From contig JBHGNT010000003.1 of NCBI GenBank assembly GCA_043228905.1, positions 25,048,001 through 25,112,000 of the forward strand: DNA of 64,000 nt, written 5' to 3'. Every line of letters begins with the position of its first letter. The first letter of the stretch is position 1. This stretch comes from Azolla caroliniana (taxonomy: Eukaryota; Plantae; Polypodiophyta). This document shows, piece after piece, positions 1 to 12,961 of the stretch. Under the pieces are notes generated by a model, which did not search any database, was not told the origin of the DNA, and was given only the letters and a program-made list of their open reading frames with translations. The position numbers and the translations under genes are program-made.

Positions 1-370
1 GCACGACTACATGGATCAATAGTTTAACCATTGCATCAGTCCATTTCACACGTTGCCATGGAGAGCTAACCTTGCCTTTTCCACCAAAAGAGCAATCTCC
101 TTCTTCAGTAAAGCTTCTCTCATCTTCATCACTTGTGCCACTAGATTTTCCTTTGTTACACAACAAAGTGGCCTTTGGGATGCATTTTGAATCGAAGCCT
201 AATTCCGGTACAGTTTCTTGATTTATACTCAGATGCTGCGTTGTTGATAATGGAGCCAATCCATGCAAATGGTGAGACATAGATTGCAAAGTTGCAGCGT
301 GATGGAGAGAGGGATCTAGATCTAGATCTTGTGATGATAGAATAGATCCACCCATTATACTTCCTTCCAT
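1..370 (-). CDS. Trihelix transcription factor, GT-gamma clade (HRA1/At1g21200-like); N-terminal part only, runs off the window edge
   Basis: ATG at 370 opens MEGSIMGGSILSSQDLDLDPSLHH...GKSSGTSDEDERSFTEEGDCSFGGKGKVSSPWQRVKWTDAMVKLLIHVV, open to position 1. SDEDExSFTE and SPWQRVKWTDxMVKLLI are GT-gamma trihelix signatures. An upstream intron spans 1311-408 (CAG|GTAAAC ... TGTGCAG|). Not in the ORF track because the ORF is truncated. Confidence 0.9.
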   Translation of the reverse strand, partial: MEGSIMGGSILSSQDLDLDPSLHHAATLQSMSHHLHGLAPLSTTQHLSINQETVPELGFDSKCIPKATLLCNKGKSSGTSDEDERSFTEEGDCSFGGKGKVSSPWQRVKWTDAMVKLLIHVVV

Positions 371-1829
371 TTTTATCTTTAATATGATCTCTTCTAGTGT
401 CACACATCTGCACATAATAAGAAAAAGAAAAAGAAATGCAATGAAGAGTTGGACATGGGACCAAAATCTTGAGATCTAACTGATTTCAAGAACCCTAATG
501 GAATCTAAAATTCTGATAAGAATGAGTTGGAAATAGTGGCAAAATCTTGATCCTTAATGGTTCCAATTTGATGCTTTGTCTCCATCATATTACGATAAAC
601 TCAGATGACAATCACTTAAAGCTTCTCCACGAATTGGTACTTTGGTGTAAACTTTCTACACAAAAAATGTTCTGATTTGTGGCCTCTAAAGGTCATTACA
701 CAAGAGCAGACCCAACTATTCTAAATTTGAGAGGCCTCAAGCTCACTAAGAATTTTAAAGCTCTGTTTCCATCAGATAACAATTTACATGATTTTGAGTT
801 TCTGCTCATATTGGTGACTTGCTGAATTTTCCACACAATGTAGCAGAATTTCTAGATTGGAGCGGTTTCAAGACCCTGTCAAATAATCGAATCCTACATT
901 AATATCACACTTTGACAAGATCAGGACAAAATTGCCGAAACATTCTGCACATATTTGAGGTCTGCTGAAGGACTCTCGAAATGTTTCAACCTAGACATAC
1001 CAGATTTGAGGGTTTCTAACCTCTGCAATCCATTTTATGTAACCTAAACCTATGCTATCATCACATCATGACAAATTCTACACAATTTGGTTATTTTCTT
1101 CCTTCCTTCTCTTCCCCTCCATTTATTTCATTCTTTCCATTCATATGCATCCTTTCATTTCATTCCTTCATTCCTTCCTCTCAGGTATCCATTCTTCCCT
1201 CCATGTTTTTAGCTTGTTTAATTTTTTCCTTCTTTTCAATTCATCTGAAGTTTCATCTCTTCTTTGAGTACATGAATTGGAGAAATATAGAAGGTTTTTG
1301 ATTTTGTTTACCTGATGATAATGATGATGACGTTCAAAAACTTGCAGAAGAAGAGGAGGAAAGAGCCATTCTTCTCAAGATCTCTGTTGTAGAGCGCGGG
1401 AGAGAGCATAAAAGAAAAATTAAAAAGAAAAAGAATAACACAAAGAAAATCGAACGGGAAGAAAAAAAAAACACAGTTTCCCTTCTTTTCCGTTCTTCCT
1501 CTTCCAAAAATGTGTGATACTCTTGAAGAGGAAGTCCCTAATTCCTTCTCAGGAGAGAGACAGCCCAAATTCCGTCAGAAGAAACATCAAAATGTAGATC
1601 CTTCTCGGAAAATCAGAAACGCCGGATTGTTTCAGAGGCGGCAGGAAGCCCCGATTCTATCTGAGGAAGCAGGATGAAGAGAAGAGAAAAGCGGAAAGAG
1701 ACAGAGAGACAGAGAGACAGGGACAGAGATCCAAATTCTTTCTGAAACAGGCAGGCAATTGCAGTTGCTACCATGAGAGAACTGCAGAGCATGTATGCAG
1801 CAGATTCAGTCATTCATATACATTACATT

Positions 1830-1910
1830 ACATACATACGTATACGTATACGTATATATCGTGTTATACTCCTACGTATACTCCTACGTATACTCCTACG
1901 TATACCTATA
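1830..1910. repeat. Short tandem repeats (TACA/TACG runs and about 3x TATACTCCTACG) upstream of the trihelix gene
   Basis: Directly visible: tacgtatacgtatacgtata, then tatactcctacg repeated about 3 times. Confidence 0.8.
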
Positions 1911-3659
1911 ATACATAGTACATACATAGAGCTTGCTTGGGTTTAGGGAAATTGCGATTCGTACCCCTGTAGAGAAGTTTCCGGAAATCGTGTGGGAAAG
2001 TACCCCCCCCCCCCCTCTCTCAGAGGAGCCAACTTTGGTCGGCTCTTCCTACCACTGCCCACCTCGGTCGGTTTCACACACATGCTAAAAACAAAAAGCA
2101 AGGGGGGGGTTTTCCGACCATAGGGATTGTTTCGTGCCCCGTAGCACCACCATATTCTTGTAAGTTTCCCCTTTGGTCTGTTTCATTTTGCAATAGTTTA
2201 GATAGATACACGTGTTTTTATGTCTCCGAGCATGCCCAAGACTCGGGTCACTCTATTGGCGAGCTTTGCAATTTGCACCTTAGGGATTTGAAGATGATTG
2301 ACTCCGTCTTTTTACACATGGCAACCAACCAACTCACTCATTGAATGTAAGCATGCTTTTTCATTGCACATGCACAAATTTTCAATTTGGCACATCCATG
2401 GCAAAAAGATTTCGTCCATTCCTTTAGAACTTCCAAGTGTCATGTCTTGATACATTGAGGGGGCATTAAACAACACGTCATAAAGAAAAACCCATCCAAG
2501 TACCAACTTTATGTATTGTGTCCCATTAAGTTGAATTGGGTCGCATTAGGTTCATCAAAATTGATGAACTTTTGCTTTCCATGGTGAGGGAATATTGCTA
2601 ATGAAGAAGATATTTGCAAGCCCTCTTCGACCTAATCTTGTTACATGATGATTGCTTCACGTCATCCATCCACACTCCTCCTGTGATCTCTTCATATTTG
2701 GTTATATAAGATGTTTCTCGCATAAAGCAAGAGATGTTAATCATTCAACCAACCTAACTATGCAATGGTTTTCTAGCTATCATTGATTAATTCGTGACAA
2801 TTTATGGGTTGACTTATCATATTATATTGTTTCAAAGAAAATAAATTCATAACCCTCACCTAATGCATGCATATGATAAATTGGGAGCAACATACAGGAC
2901 AATTCACTTGTCGTGTTTGATATTCCTATTAGTTAATAATGTGGTGGCCTTGGGCCCTTGCATTACAATGAAGGGTATTGTTTTGGTGCGAACCATTAGC
3001 TCCTCCATCGCATCATGGTGCAACCGGTTGAAGATAGTTTCATGTTTATGGTCTTACATCATCAATTTGAGGAATCATCATAAAAAGAGAAAGTGAAGAG
3101 ACAATCGTCAATCCTATGTAAAAACCGATTTAAATTTGATCCAACAATATAAAGTAAAAGTGTTATTTATTTGCAAATGGATCATCAATGTTGGAGGATA
3201 GATAGATTGTCTAAGTTAAAGTTGGCATTGACATTCGTCTCTTTATTTGTAAGCCCTCTTGTATATTATGAAATGTGACCCCTTTATTAGCGTAAATTTG
3301 TCAACTACAAATAATATTACTCTAGTGGGCACATGACAATGTCCTCTATGACCGGTTGTAATTTATCAATGTGCATTATTCTACATCATGTGGTATCAAA
3401 TTCTAGTATGTCGTTATTGCACATCATAAAACTTGTCGAGCAACTACACCTTTGGAATTAGCCAATGCTTGCTAGCTTGTGTACCTTAGTGAGTTTCAAT
3501 TGAAAAACCTCTTGTTTTCCATGTTTGTTTTCAAAAGTTCATGTCAACAACAAATAGGCTTTGATATATATCATAATTTGATCCCTTCTCTTCGTGTGAC
3601 ATTGTAATATTCAAGTCACTAGGGTCAAACATGGTTGAGATTCCACTTAATCTTATTCC

Positions 3660-4705
3660 TCTTTATAAATTACGCTACTCGTTGGGTTTATGGTAGTAAA
3701 CCCTTATTGGAGTCCAAGAGAATGGTGGTGGAGGGATGCTAATGGTAAGATGGTTTCTTTCTTTGACTACTCTATAAAATTAGGTAGGGAACCCCAATGA
3801 AGGAGGAATCCAGTTATGCCGGTTGCAACTAAGGTATGGTTAAGTAATAGTATTCCTACGCATTCAATATTGGCAGTTTGGAAATGGTTGTGGGCTCTAC
3901 AAATTCCTCGCAAAATCATTACATTTAGATGGTTATGTGTCCATTATGCATTTCTAGTCTTGGAATGGATGCATAGGGAAGAACGAATCAAAACTTGCTC
4001 TTTTTGTGGGTTTCATTTGGAATCAATGCAACATGCCTTATGTAACTGTATGGCTGCATGTTCTGTTCTGAAACGTATGTTGCGCGTCATTGATGTTGAG
4101 TATGAACCTAATTTGATTACATGGGGAAATGTCTTTTGGATGGATGTAAATGTGGATAAGCATAATTATGAAAAGGAAAATATATTATTTACCCTTCAAA
4201 CTAGGGGAACACAAGTTAAGGACGTACCATATACAGGCTCAAATCGTTTGAATGTGGATGCCACAGTATGGGCTATGATATCATGGGTGGTTTTGTGGAA
4301 TATTTGGATAGATCAATGCAAAAATGTGTTTCAACAAATAAAGCAGAATCATGTTCATTGTGTGAAGGAAAGTTGGTTAATGCTTATTTCAATTTTAAAA
4401 GGTCAATATGACTCCTTCACTGGTAATGAAGATACAATCTTTCTGAGACAACAATCCTTTAAAGGCAAGCGGAAGGATTTGTTCATCTTTGTGGAGAGAA
4501 ATGACAAAATGGTTTGGCAATATGTACCCCCTCGATGGTTGTTTCCTCCATGGCGAGAGTTTGGTTTTCACTTATGACATAGTGGGGGATATACCTTTTC
4601 TTTGCTATCTTACCCTCCACTAGATTGTATCATTATATGCTTTGTATATGCTTATTGGATTGGTAACGGAAACTATGGTGTAGTTTTGTTTTAAAAAATA
4701 AAATG
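3660..4705 (+). mobile_element. 5'-truncated L1-like LINE fragment (C-terminal zf-RVT region)
   Basis: ORF 3816-4577 contains WKWLWALQIPRKIITFRWLCVH...CSFCGFHLESMQHALCNC and a later WNIW motif, typical of the plant LINE ORF2 C-terminus. An A-rich tract lies near 4692-4703. The outer boundaries are approximate. Confidence 0.85.
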
Positions 4706-5184
4706 AAGGCATTGTTTTAAAATTTATCCTACTCTTCTTTTCTCAATCTCATCGTTATGTTAATGTATGCAACTAACAACCCCCATGATCCCTGTGTGTG
4801 TGTGTGTGTGTGTGTGTGTATACCTATTAACAATGCATTCATCTCAACTTAGTGGTTTTGGTCCAAGGGCAATGGTGCTTGTGTATGTGAAGTTAGTGGC
4901 ATGTAATTCTCATCTTTTACGGTATTAAATAATAGAATGGTATTACATATAGTCAATCCGACTCAATTGTACTCGAAGCATAAACAATGTAAGTTTGTTT
5001 AAAATAACAACCCAAAATTGGGGGGATTATACATCATGAATTAATTTCCTTACAAAGAAGAAACATTGTCTAAAGTGCTTACAAAGAGGTCAATTGACCG
5101 CAAATTTTTATATAGAAGTATACAATTTCTCTTATGGTAACTTAAGGTTTTTAGTCTTTATTGGATTTGATTATTAAAGATAAA

Positions 5185-8100
5185 TTAAGTTAAGATTACA
5201 CTATGAAGAGCACTTTGTATGTCCTTTAGACTCTTACTAATGCCATCATTTACCTGCAACATAATTCCTCATTAATGAACTTGAGATTTAGAGGTTCTTA
5301 GTTGCATGCTTCTCTATTGATATACCTAAAGGCAAACTGATTAATTGTATGCAAAAATATACTCTCATTAACAAGTATTAATGTTAATAATAATCCATTT
5401 CCTAAAACTTTATGGTCTTTAGATAGTAACCTGAATCGTGATGAATTGCACTACTTTCCCTCCACACGTTGTGACATTTGATTGTAGAATGTCAACCTTG
5501 CATTCATCGAGAGTTGCCAAGGTTTTCAAAACTAATCCATGGCTTCTGGTAGACAACACTTTGACCACTGCTTGGTTCCCTAAGTTCTCAACTTCCACAT
5601 GCAAATGTTGTCCACAAATATTAATGTCCTATCACCCTAATATCCCATTAGTAAAAGTATTTGGTGACCATGGAACCACAATTATCACACATGACAAATT
5701 TTGAAAGATTTCATGCCCAAGAAAGAACCATGTAAACATATTAGTTATAAGATACCTTTACATCTGCCTTCACATGATGTGATGTGTTGAGAACGGATTG
5801 ATCGTATGTTCTCATATTCGTCGCAATTTCATTGGAACAGTTGCTGGTTGGTACGAGAATTTGATGAAACTTCTCTTGATTCATTTGAGCTATCATAGGT
5901 TTCTCATGTGATGGTAGTTTTTTATCAAGTGATAAACCACCATTAGAATGGATTGAATTCTCCTTGCATCGTTGTACTCCTATGGTTTTATCAAAACAAT
6001 GATGAGGTCCATCATCCTCGTATTTCCTTCGTTTAATCTTTTGTAATTCTTTCACTTTATTCTCCAACTCTAGTATGTACTCAATTGTCTCTCCCACAAT
6101 AGAGGCTTTGTCTTTCTGTATCACATCGAATGGTATGCATATCAAACTCAACAACAAAAACCATTCGTGCCCAATTTCATAATCACACTCGATGATAAAG
6201 CATCAAATGTTTCTAAAACTTTTGCTACAAATAAATATAGCATAGACATCAAAATTATTATATATGTACATGCACACATTACTACAATTGTCCACCTCTG
6301 TCGAGGCCTATACTCATACATTGTGTTCATCTCCACCATTATGTAATCAACTTGTGAAGGATCTCGTGTAACTCGAAGATGCCTTGGTGAAAGTAGATTA
6401 CCAACTGATGTGAGTCGTGACTACTTGTTAATATTTCACAAAAATAGCTCCAATCATTAAAATTTCTAAAGTCTATAGATGTGTGATATGTATATATATT
6501 TATATGAATCGGACCTTGGTATGCGAGGATCCTTAAATCACATACAGATCATAGTCGGCATTGTCGTTGGCACCAACGTGAAACATCTTTGAGACCAGAG
6601 AAACACTTGGTCTTAATGCGAGTATTAAATTATAGCTTCATTGTCTATTGAATCCCTTCCCTTGGTTGGATTCTTCATTTCATTGGTCCAAGTTAAAAGA
6701 AAGATCTCTTCTTTATGCTTATATATCTATGATTACAATGCCTTTGAGAAGGAGCAATGATTCATCATATCAGCTCAATTGATTATTCAAGCCTTCATTG
6801 TGTAGGCATTGTAATTTCCAAACTGATTAAACATGATTAGTGATATTGTAATCCAAATTGATTTACATGATTAGTGACCGTGTAATCCAAATTGATTGCA
6901 TGATTACTGATAGTGTGACTTGATCATTAGGAGTTTTAATTAGGACTCGATTAGTGCCATATCATATACCACGGAACTCGCAAAGTATGAGTACGTTGTC
7001 GACCGACATAATTAAGAGGCTAGCTAACTAATGCGGATTCAAGTGCATTGCAAATGCACTAGTTCCAGTTGGGTGATTAGTGAACTCTAATCATGTGATT
7101 AAAATTAATGCGGATGTAATCAATAGCATTATGAGTTTTGATCGTGTGATTAGTGCTCTCTAATCATGTGATTAAGATTGATGTGGATGTAATCAATGGC
7201 ATTACGAGTTCCAAATTGAATGATTAGTGCTCTCTAATCATGTAATTAAGATTAGTGCGGATGCAATGATTGGCATTACGAGTTCCAAACTGAATGAATT
7301 AGTGCTCTCTAATCATGTGATTAAGATTAGTGCGGATGTAATCAATGGCATTACGAGTTTCAATCGTGTGATTAGTGCTCTCTAATCATGTGATTAATAT
7401 TATTTGATTAGTGCTCTCTAATCGTGTGATCAATCGCATTATGAGTTTCAATTGCATGATTAATGCTCTCTAATCATGTGATTCAGATTGATCTGGACAT
7501 AATATCTATTTCATTTCGAAAAGCATTCGAAGCTCAGATTCAATTACCTTGCTGGATTTGCGGATTATGGATCTCAGGATGCAGAATTTGTCGTTCATCT
7601 CTTCTCGCCGTTGCCGCTCCGCTAGGATATGATTCTCCCTCTGCATTTTGCTTCTATGTCCACAGTTAATCCTCATCATTCCATCCTCACTGCAATGGGG
7701 AATCGTCAAGAACTTAATTACCACGACTACCCATCTGATTTTATCTACCTAATTAGCAGATTCAAGTGCTCGATAAGTAGAAACAACGCCTTAATTAGTA
7801 TAATTGATATCTCAATTGACTCAGAGGCGCCTTAATTACTGCTATTAGCGCATTAATTAACACTAATTCTCGCACCTTGATTTGCGCCATTTTGGCAGAA
7901 TTAATATCGTGGCCAGCACCTAAGGCGATGGATTAATTCGTACCATTGAAGTCCTAATGAACACAATTAATGGCGCCTTAACAAATACATTTAGTAGTGT
8001 TTGGAACCTTACTTGCCACAATTAACGCCTTAATCAACAGAGTTTTAATGCCTTAATTATCACAAGTAGCTCCTAAGTTAGCAATTAAATTAGTGCCTTA

Positions 8101-9167
8101 ATGTTATGGCTGAAGTATCACAATTAGTGCCATATTCAGCGCAATTTGCACCTTAATCAACGAAATAGTAAGCGCCTTCAAAAACAGAATTTGCATGCCT
8201 TAATCAACACAATTAGTACCGTAACCCACAAAACTATGGTTTTGATAAACAGAAACTTGGCCAAATTCAAGGCTAACTAGAGATTGTTTTTGGCTTAACC
8301 AGCAAAATTAATGCCGCTGTGAACACGATTAACTGAATAGTTCATGCGCGGGATTTGACATAATTATTGTAGTCATCTAATCAAATTTATTTCTTTGTTG
8401 CGCCAATTATCTAAGTATGTATGAATTAGGTCCAAATATTTCATCGCTAATTACCAACGATTGGAGGATTATAATGCAAAAACTTTCAGCAGTCTAACCA
8501 GTGCTTAGAAATTCAGGTACTAATTAACATTCCACTGAAAATTTAAACTGTAAATTAAACCAGTCGTTAATTATCAGCTACCAAGTAATCCATGAAAAAA
8601 GTTTAGATTAGTGACTTAAAACCCATATAAAGAAGGTTCGATACAAAATGGAAGAATTTATAAGCCGAAAATGATTGAATAGCAATTTAGCTGTAGGTAA
8701 TGAATGAATTTGATCTTCAGACCAATTTGGATTTAACAAATGAATGAAATTATGGGGGCGACCAATTTTCTCAGAGTAATTTTAGTTGTATAAAGAATGG
8801 ACGAATTCATAAAGAATTTTGAAAAGAATCAGTTAATATGATGAAGCCATCACCTATGATCTTTCTGCAGCAATGGGCCATTGATAAGAAGACCAGTTGG
8901 GAGCTGAGGATTAGGAGGCCTTGATTCATCATTAGAAGCCCGTACAGTACTATTATTATTATTATGATTATGATTATTATGAAGTGATAATCCTGCACAT
9001 TCATACAAATATTGATGCCCCCCACACGCAGATAAATCTAATGTATTGCTATATTCAGCATTAACATCAGATGTCTTTGTTGATTGAACATAGTTTAAAT
9101 TACTACAGTTACTATAATTAGCTGGAGCACTTGAGGCAGCAGCAGCAGCAGCAGTATAATTGATCAT
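5185..9167 (-). CDS. bHLH transcription factor with C-terminal ACT-like domain (about 360 aa, 5 exons)
   Basis: Exons 9167-8854, 7689-7548, 6115-5756, 5628-5431 and 5253-5185, all GT-AG and in frame (1083 nt). bHLH domain: RENHILAERQRREEMNDKFCILRSIIRKSSK|KDKASIVGETIEYILELENKVKEL. ACT-like tail: HVEVENLGNQAVVKV...LDECKVDILQSNV...FITIQ|VNDGISKSLKDIQSALHSVILT*. Exon 1 and the start codon are less certain. Confidence 0.88.
6810..7485. repeat. Intronic palindromic minisatellite array in bHLH intron 2
   Basis: Three ~34-bp units (catgatta at 6832, 6866, 6899), then 7 copies of a core GATTAGTGCTCTCTAATCATGTGATTA at ~40-77 bp spacing (7073-7485). Confidence 0.9.
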
Positions 9168-9492
9168 GTTATAAGAATGTGATGGATTAGATTATACATA
9201 TAATAGTAATGAAGAAGATTTAGGCATTAATCTGGGGGTGCAAGCAGGTGCAGTTCTTCATTATTTTCACAGGAATTGAAATTGAAGGGTGAAAGATTTG
9301 GTTTGGTAATTTGGATGAATGAAGGGTTGAGATGAATCCGAGATGATGAAGGATCCAAGCGGTCCCCAATTCTAGTCATGGAAGTAGGCCTACCTATATA
9401 TGTATCTCATTAAAGGGCTTTCAGTGACACCACTATTTGCCTACCTAATTTGGCTTCATATTTGGGGGGGGCTTATGTCTCTCTCCATCCTC

Positions 9493-9535
9493 TGTGTGTG
9501 TGTGTGTGTGTGTGTGTTTTGTGAGAGAGAGAGAG

Positions 9536-9572
<37 letters not shown>

Positions 9573-9660
9573 GTGAGAGAGAGAGGTGTGTGTATGTGTG
9601 TTTTGTGAGAGAGAGAGAGAGAGGGGTGTGTGTGTGTGTGTATTTAGAGAGAGAGAGATT
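9493..9660. repeat. Compound (TG)n/(GA)n microsatellite upstream of the bHLH gene
   Basis: Alternating (TG)n-TTTT-(GA)n blocks repeated about 4 times. Confidence 0.95.
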
Positions 9661-12600
9661 TAGAAACATACATGAAAGTATGATGAAACACTAGGAGTCT
9701 CTCTTTGTTCTCAAGTGATCTCTTTTGCCTCCTAGGCTCGTTCCCGTGGATGATCACGCACCTCCCATTACTCTACTCGGGACTTCTAGGGGGGGGGGGG
9801 GGGGGTTCCAGTTTACCTAGCCCAGAGACTTTGAGCATGGACATGATATAAGCTAGTTACGCCTCCATGATAGATAGTTTACCCCTACTCAGGACTTCTC
9901 CAAGGGGGGATGTAGTTCCAGTCTACTAGCCTTCGAAGCTACTAGATATGTGTCCATGTGCGTATGTATGTATCTCTTTTTATACAATTTGTCTTAGAAA
10001 TTAGAATGTATATTTTCACTCGGTTCAACAATCAACTGCTACTACTTAGGCGAGGTTATCATTGAACTTTGTGAGGTTTTTTGGAACCGGTAGTTAGTTC
10101 CGACATGTTAGGTGGAAAACCTTTCTCACACTAGAGTTGAGTCAAATGGTTGAGTTGATCTTGCATAATGACGGGTACATGCACACTTTGATCCTCCTTG
10201 ACCGTCATCTTGTTTAAAGTAAGGTTGCAATCTAGCTTCATTGTTGATGCGTTATATATAATCTGTTTGGCATAGTCTCCATCAATTAGCAGACATTAAA
10301 CTCAGAACCGAGCTATCGTATGTAGATATGGAGATATCGTAACGTCTCCAAATGTGTTGGCTTGACATTTGAAGCCAACACCTTCAAGACTATGAAACTT
10401 CACTTTCCAATTTCAAGTGACAATATCCTAATTTAGATGAGACTTATAACATCTAACCACTGTGCTCATATGCCCACTAGAAACCTCAATGTTCAAGTAG
10501 TTCAAGTATCAATAGTTTTTGAGATGGAGGGGGGGCTTCGTGGTTCCATCTTTTACATTTGGAAGAGTTATTATAAATACTTTCAAGAAATATGCTCCAA
10601 ATCGACCCATTATGAGTATATAGAAAATGAGAGATGGAGGTTAAAACAAAGATAATATATATTTTTTATCTTTGGACAATACCATATGCTCGAGTAATAT
10701 TGTCCCCGATATAATGCTAGCATTAAATTGTGCAACTTGCAGGATGAAGACACCAATGCCAACCTTTAAGTAGGCGAAACGTTACCACCTAAAGCTCCTT
10801 TCGGAGACAAGTTTCTTATATCTACATAATTCTACAAATCTAGATGAGTTCGGGCATATGCTAGCACATCTACCATTTCAAGTCCATCATAATCCTTTAC
10901 ATAAGACTAATTTGTGAGATTATGGTGGGCGATTGCTCGCCTAAGAATTTGAAATGGTAGAACTGCTCTAAGACCCATGATCTTTACAAGTTTAGCATCC
11001 AAAGAAACAAGGAGGGCTTGGTTAGGTTTCTAGGTCAAGCATTAAACAAATCATGGTATCATTTGGAAAAATAAAATGTGTAAGCATCTAGTTTTTGGTA
11101 CAAACCAAGAAAGATATTTGTTGGAAACTATACCTTTGTCTAACCTCATCAATGATAATCAATGTTAAAGTGAAACAATTGTGCATGGTACTGCCTCTAT
11201 TGCTAGGCAATGAGGAGTTTGCCCATGAACTCTTCCATATTAAATGTTTAGTAAATTTCTATATTCTTACATCAACTACATTAACATTCTTGACTTCTCC
11301 CATCTAATCTCTTGAATCAAAGACAGGCGAATATGTAATAGTGTGGCAATGTACAACATTCGGCTAGCCCCAAATTGACCTTCGACTTTTCAATTGGAGG
11401 GGAAGTACACATTTTGCTAATCGACCCGACCATCAAGCTTTCATTGTACATTTTGCAATCAATCCTAATTTTAGAACTTCCAAACCAAACCACATGCATT
11501 ATGATCTTGTGTACGTACCTTCTCTTTTTATAATAGGTATATTTTTTTGTGTCTAACTTCCCAATGCTTTACCTTTGAATAGGCTCCCATCATGCAAGTG
11601 CATCATGCCCAGAGTAGAGCCAGGTCTCGCTCGTATAGGTGTTTTTTAAGCTTTCGACTCAAGCAAAATTCTCATATAAGAAAAATACAATATATGTGAC
11701 AAGATTTATATCAAGATTGTGTATGTTTTATCCAAGTAAATTAAGAGAGACATCATTGACTTGAACATTTCAATTTCACCTAGGATTTTGAGTGACCCTT
11801 GCAAGTGATACATACCATAAGAAAGTCAAACAAAGTGGTGTTCAAGTAACAAATATATGGAAACATTGAACAAGGTTGTTCAAAAAACATTATGATGTCC
11901 AAAAAAATCTCTGAGACTACGTGCAATTTCTTTTGGAATTGCTTGCAATGTATCATTATTCATACATGTAAAACATTCCTCATCCAAACAATGATTTAGT
12001 GCACAATCTTACAAAAAATTAGTGGCAATGATAATTGCTTGGGAAGAGAGTTACTAATGACTTCGGAAATGAGTTCCCTTCCAAGGTTAGTTCATGCCTT
12101 GAGGTCACCATGTTCAAACAATTGTATCCAATGGATTTAGTTTGAAGGTTGTATATGCTTAGCTAATCTTGCATCGACAATCTTTTGTATGTGATTCTTA
12201 CTAGAAGTTGTATATTGCTAGGAAGAAATGTAGGTACATAATAAAGCCTAACCAAGATTTCGTTTGATTTACTACATTCACTAACATTGATACTTATACC
12301 ACGCCTTCACCATAAAAGTTTGTACAATTAATATACGTAAATATTTTTTGAAGATATTCACATTCCGAAGATATCATCAATAAGACTTCATTTAAGTCAA
12401 ACTTATATGATGAACGTTATAGTGGCTTGTATTAAGTACTGATAATAAAGGCACTTATTAATAGCACTTAACGTATTCCATAGCGAAAAAAATCTCATGG
12501 CATGGTTTTTGGATGTGGAAAGACTTTGTAACTCATCACAAAGCTGAACTTCCATAGCACCCACGTAACAATTTGATATAAAAGGGCACTTGTGGAAACT

Positions 12601-12961
12601 ATAAAATATGCTCATAAAGTTAGTTGACTCTATCATCGATAACTTACTATCGATCAAATAAATCATACTATAAATACGCGATATGCCATTAGTTACATGA
12701 ATTCCACACATATGCAAGCATATAGCTGAGGTCATGCTTATTAAAACTTGGTCATCATATATTGAAGGAACATCCATAATATGTAAGTCTAGCAAGGGCT
12801 TGGGCATTGCACGTGTGATAAACGTCAAGAGTAGCCTTGCTATATTAGTACATGACCCACCGTCACCACTAACCTAGATAGTTCATTACAGGCACACTAA
12901 AACACTAACACACTCATGGCACAACACACAACAACTAGCCAAGAATGTAGATTAATTTATT

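Noticed and set aside
5290-5340. Alternative last exon of the bHLH gene (LPLGISIEKHATKNL)
   Set aside because: Out of frame with the phase-0 donor at 5431. The acceptor at 5254 gives a better in-frame ACT-like ending.
7073-7485. GTGCTCTCT in the repeat as miR156/miR535 target sites or a precursor
   Set aside because: Only ~9 nt of complementarity; the flanks do not match the full sites.
10700-12830. ORF 12403-12828 and neighbours as a gene or transposase
   Set aside because: No recognisable motifs or consistent splice structure. Probably decayed repeat DNA; BLASTx would be needed.
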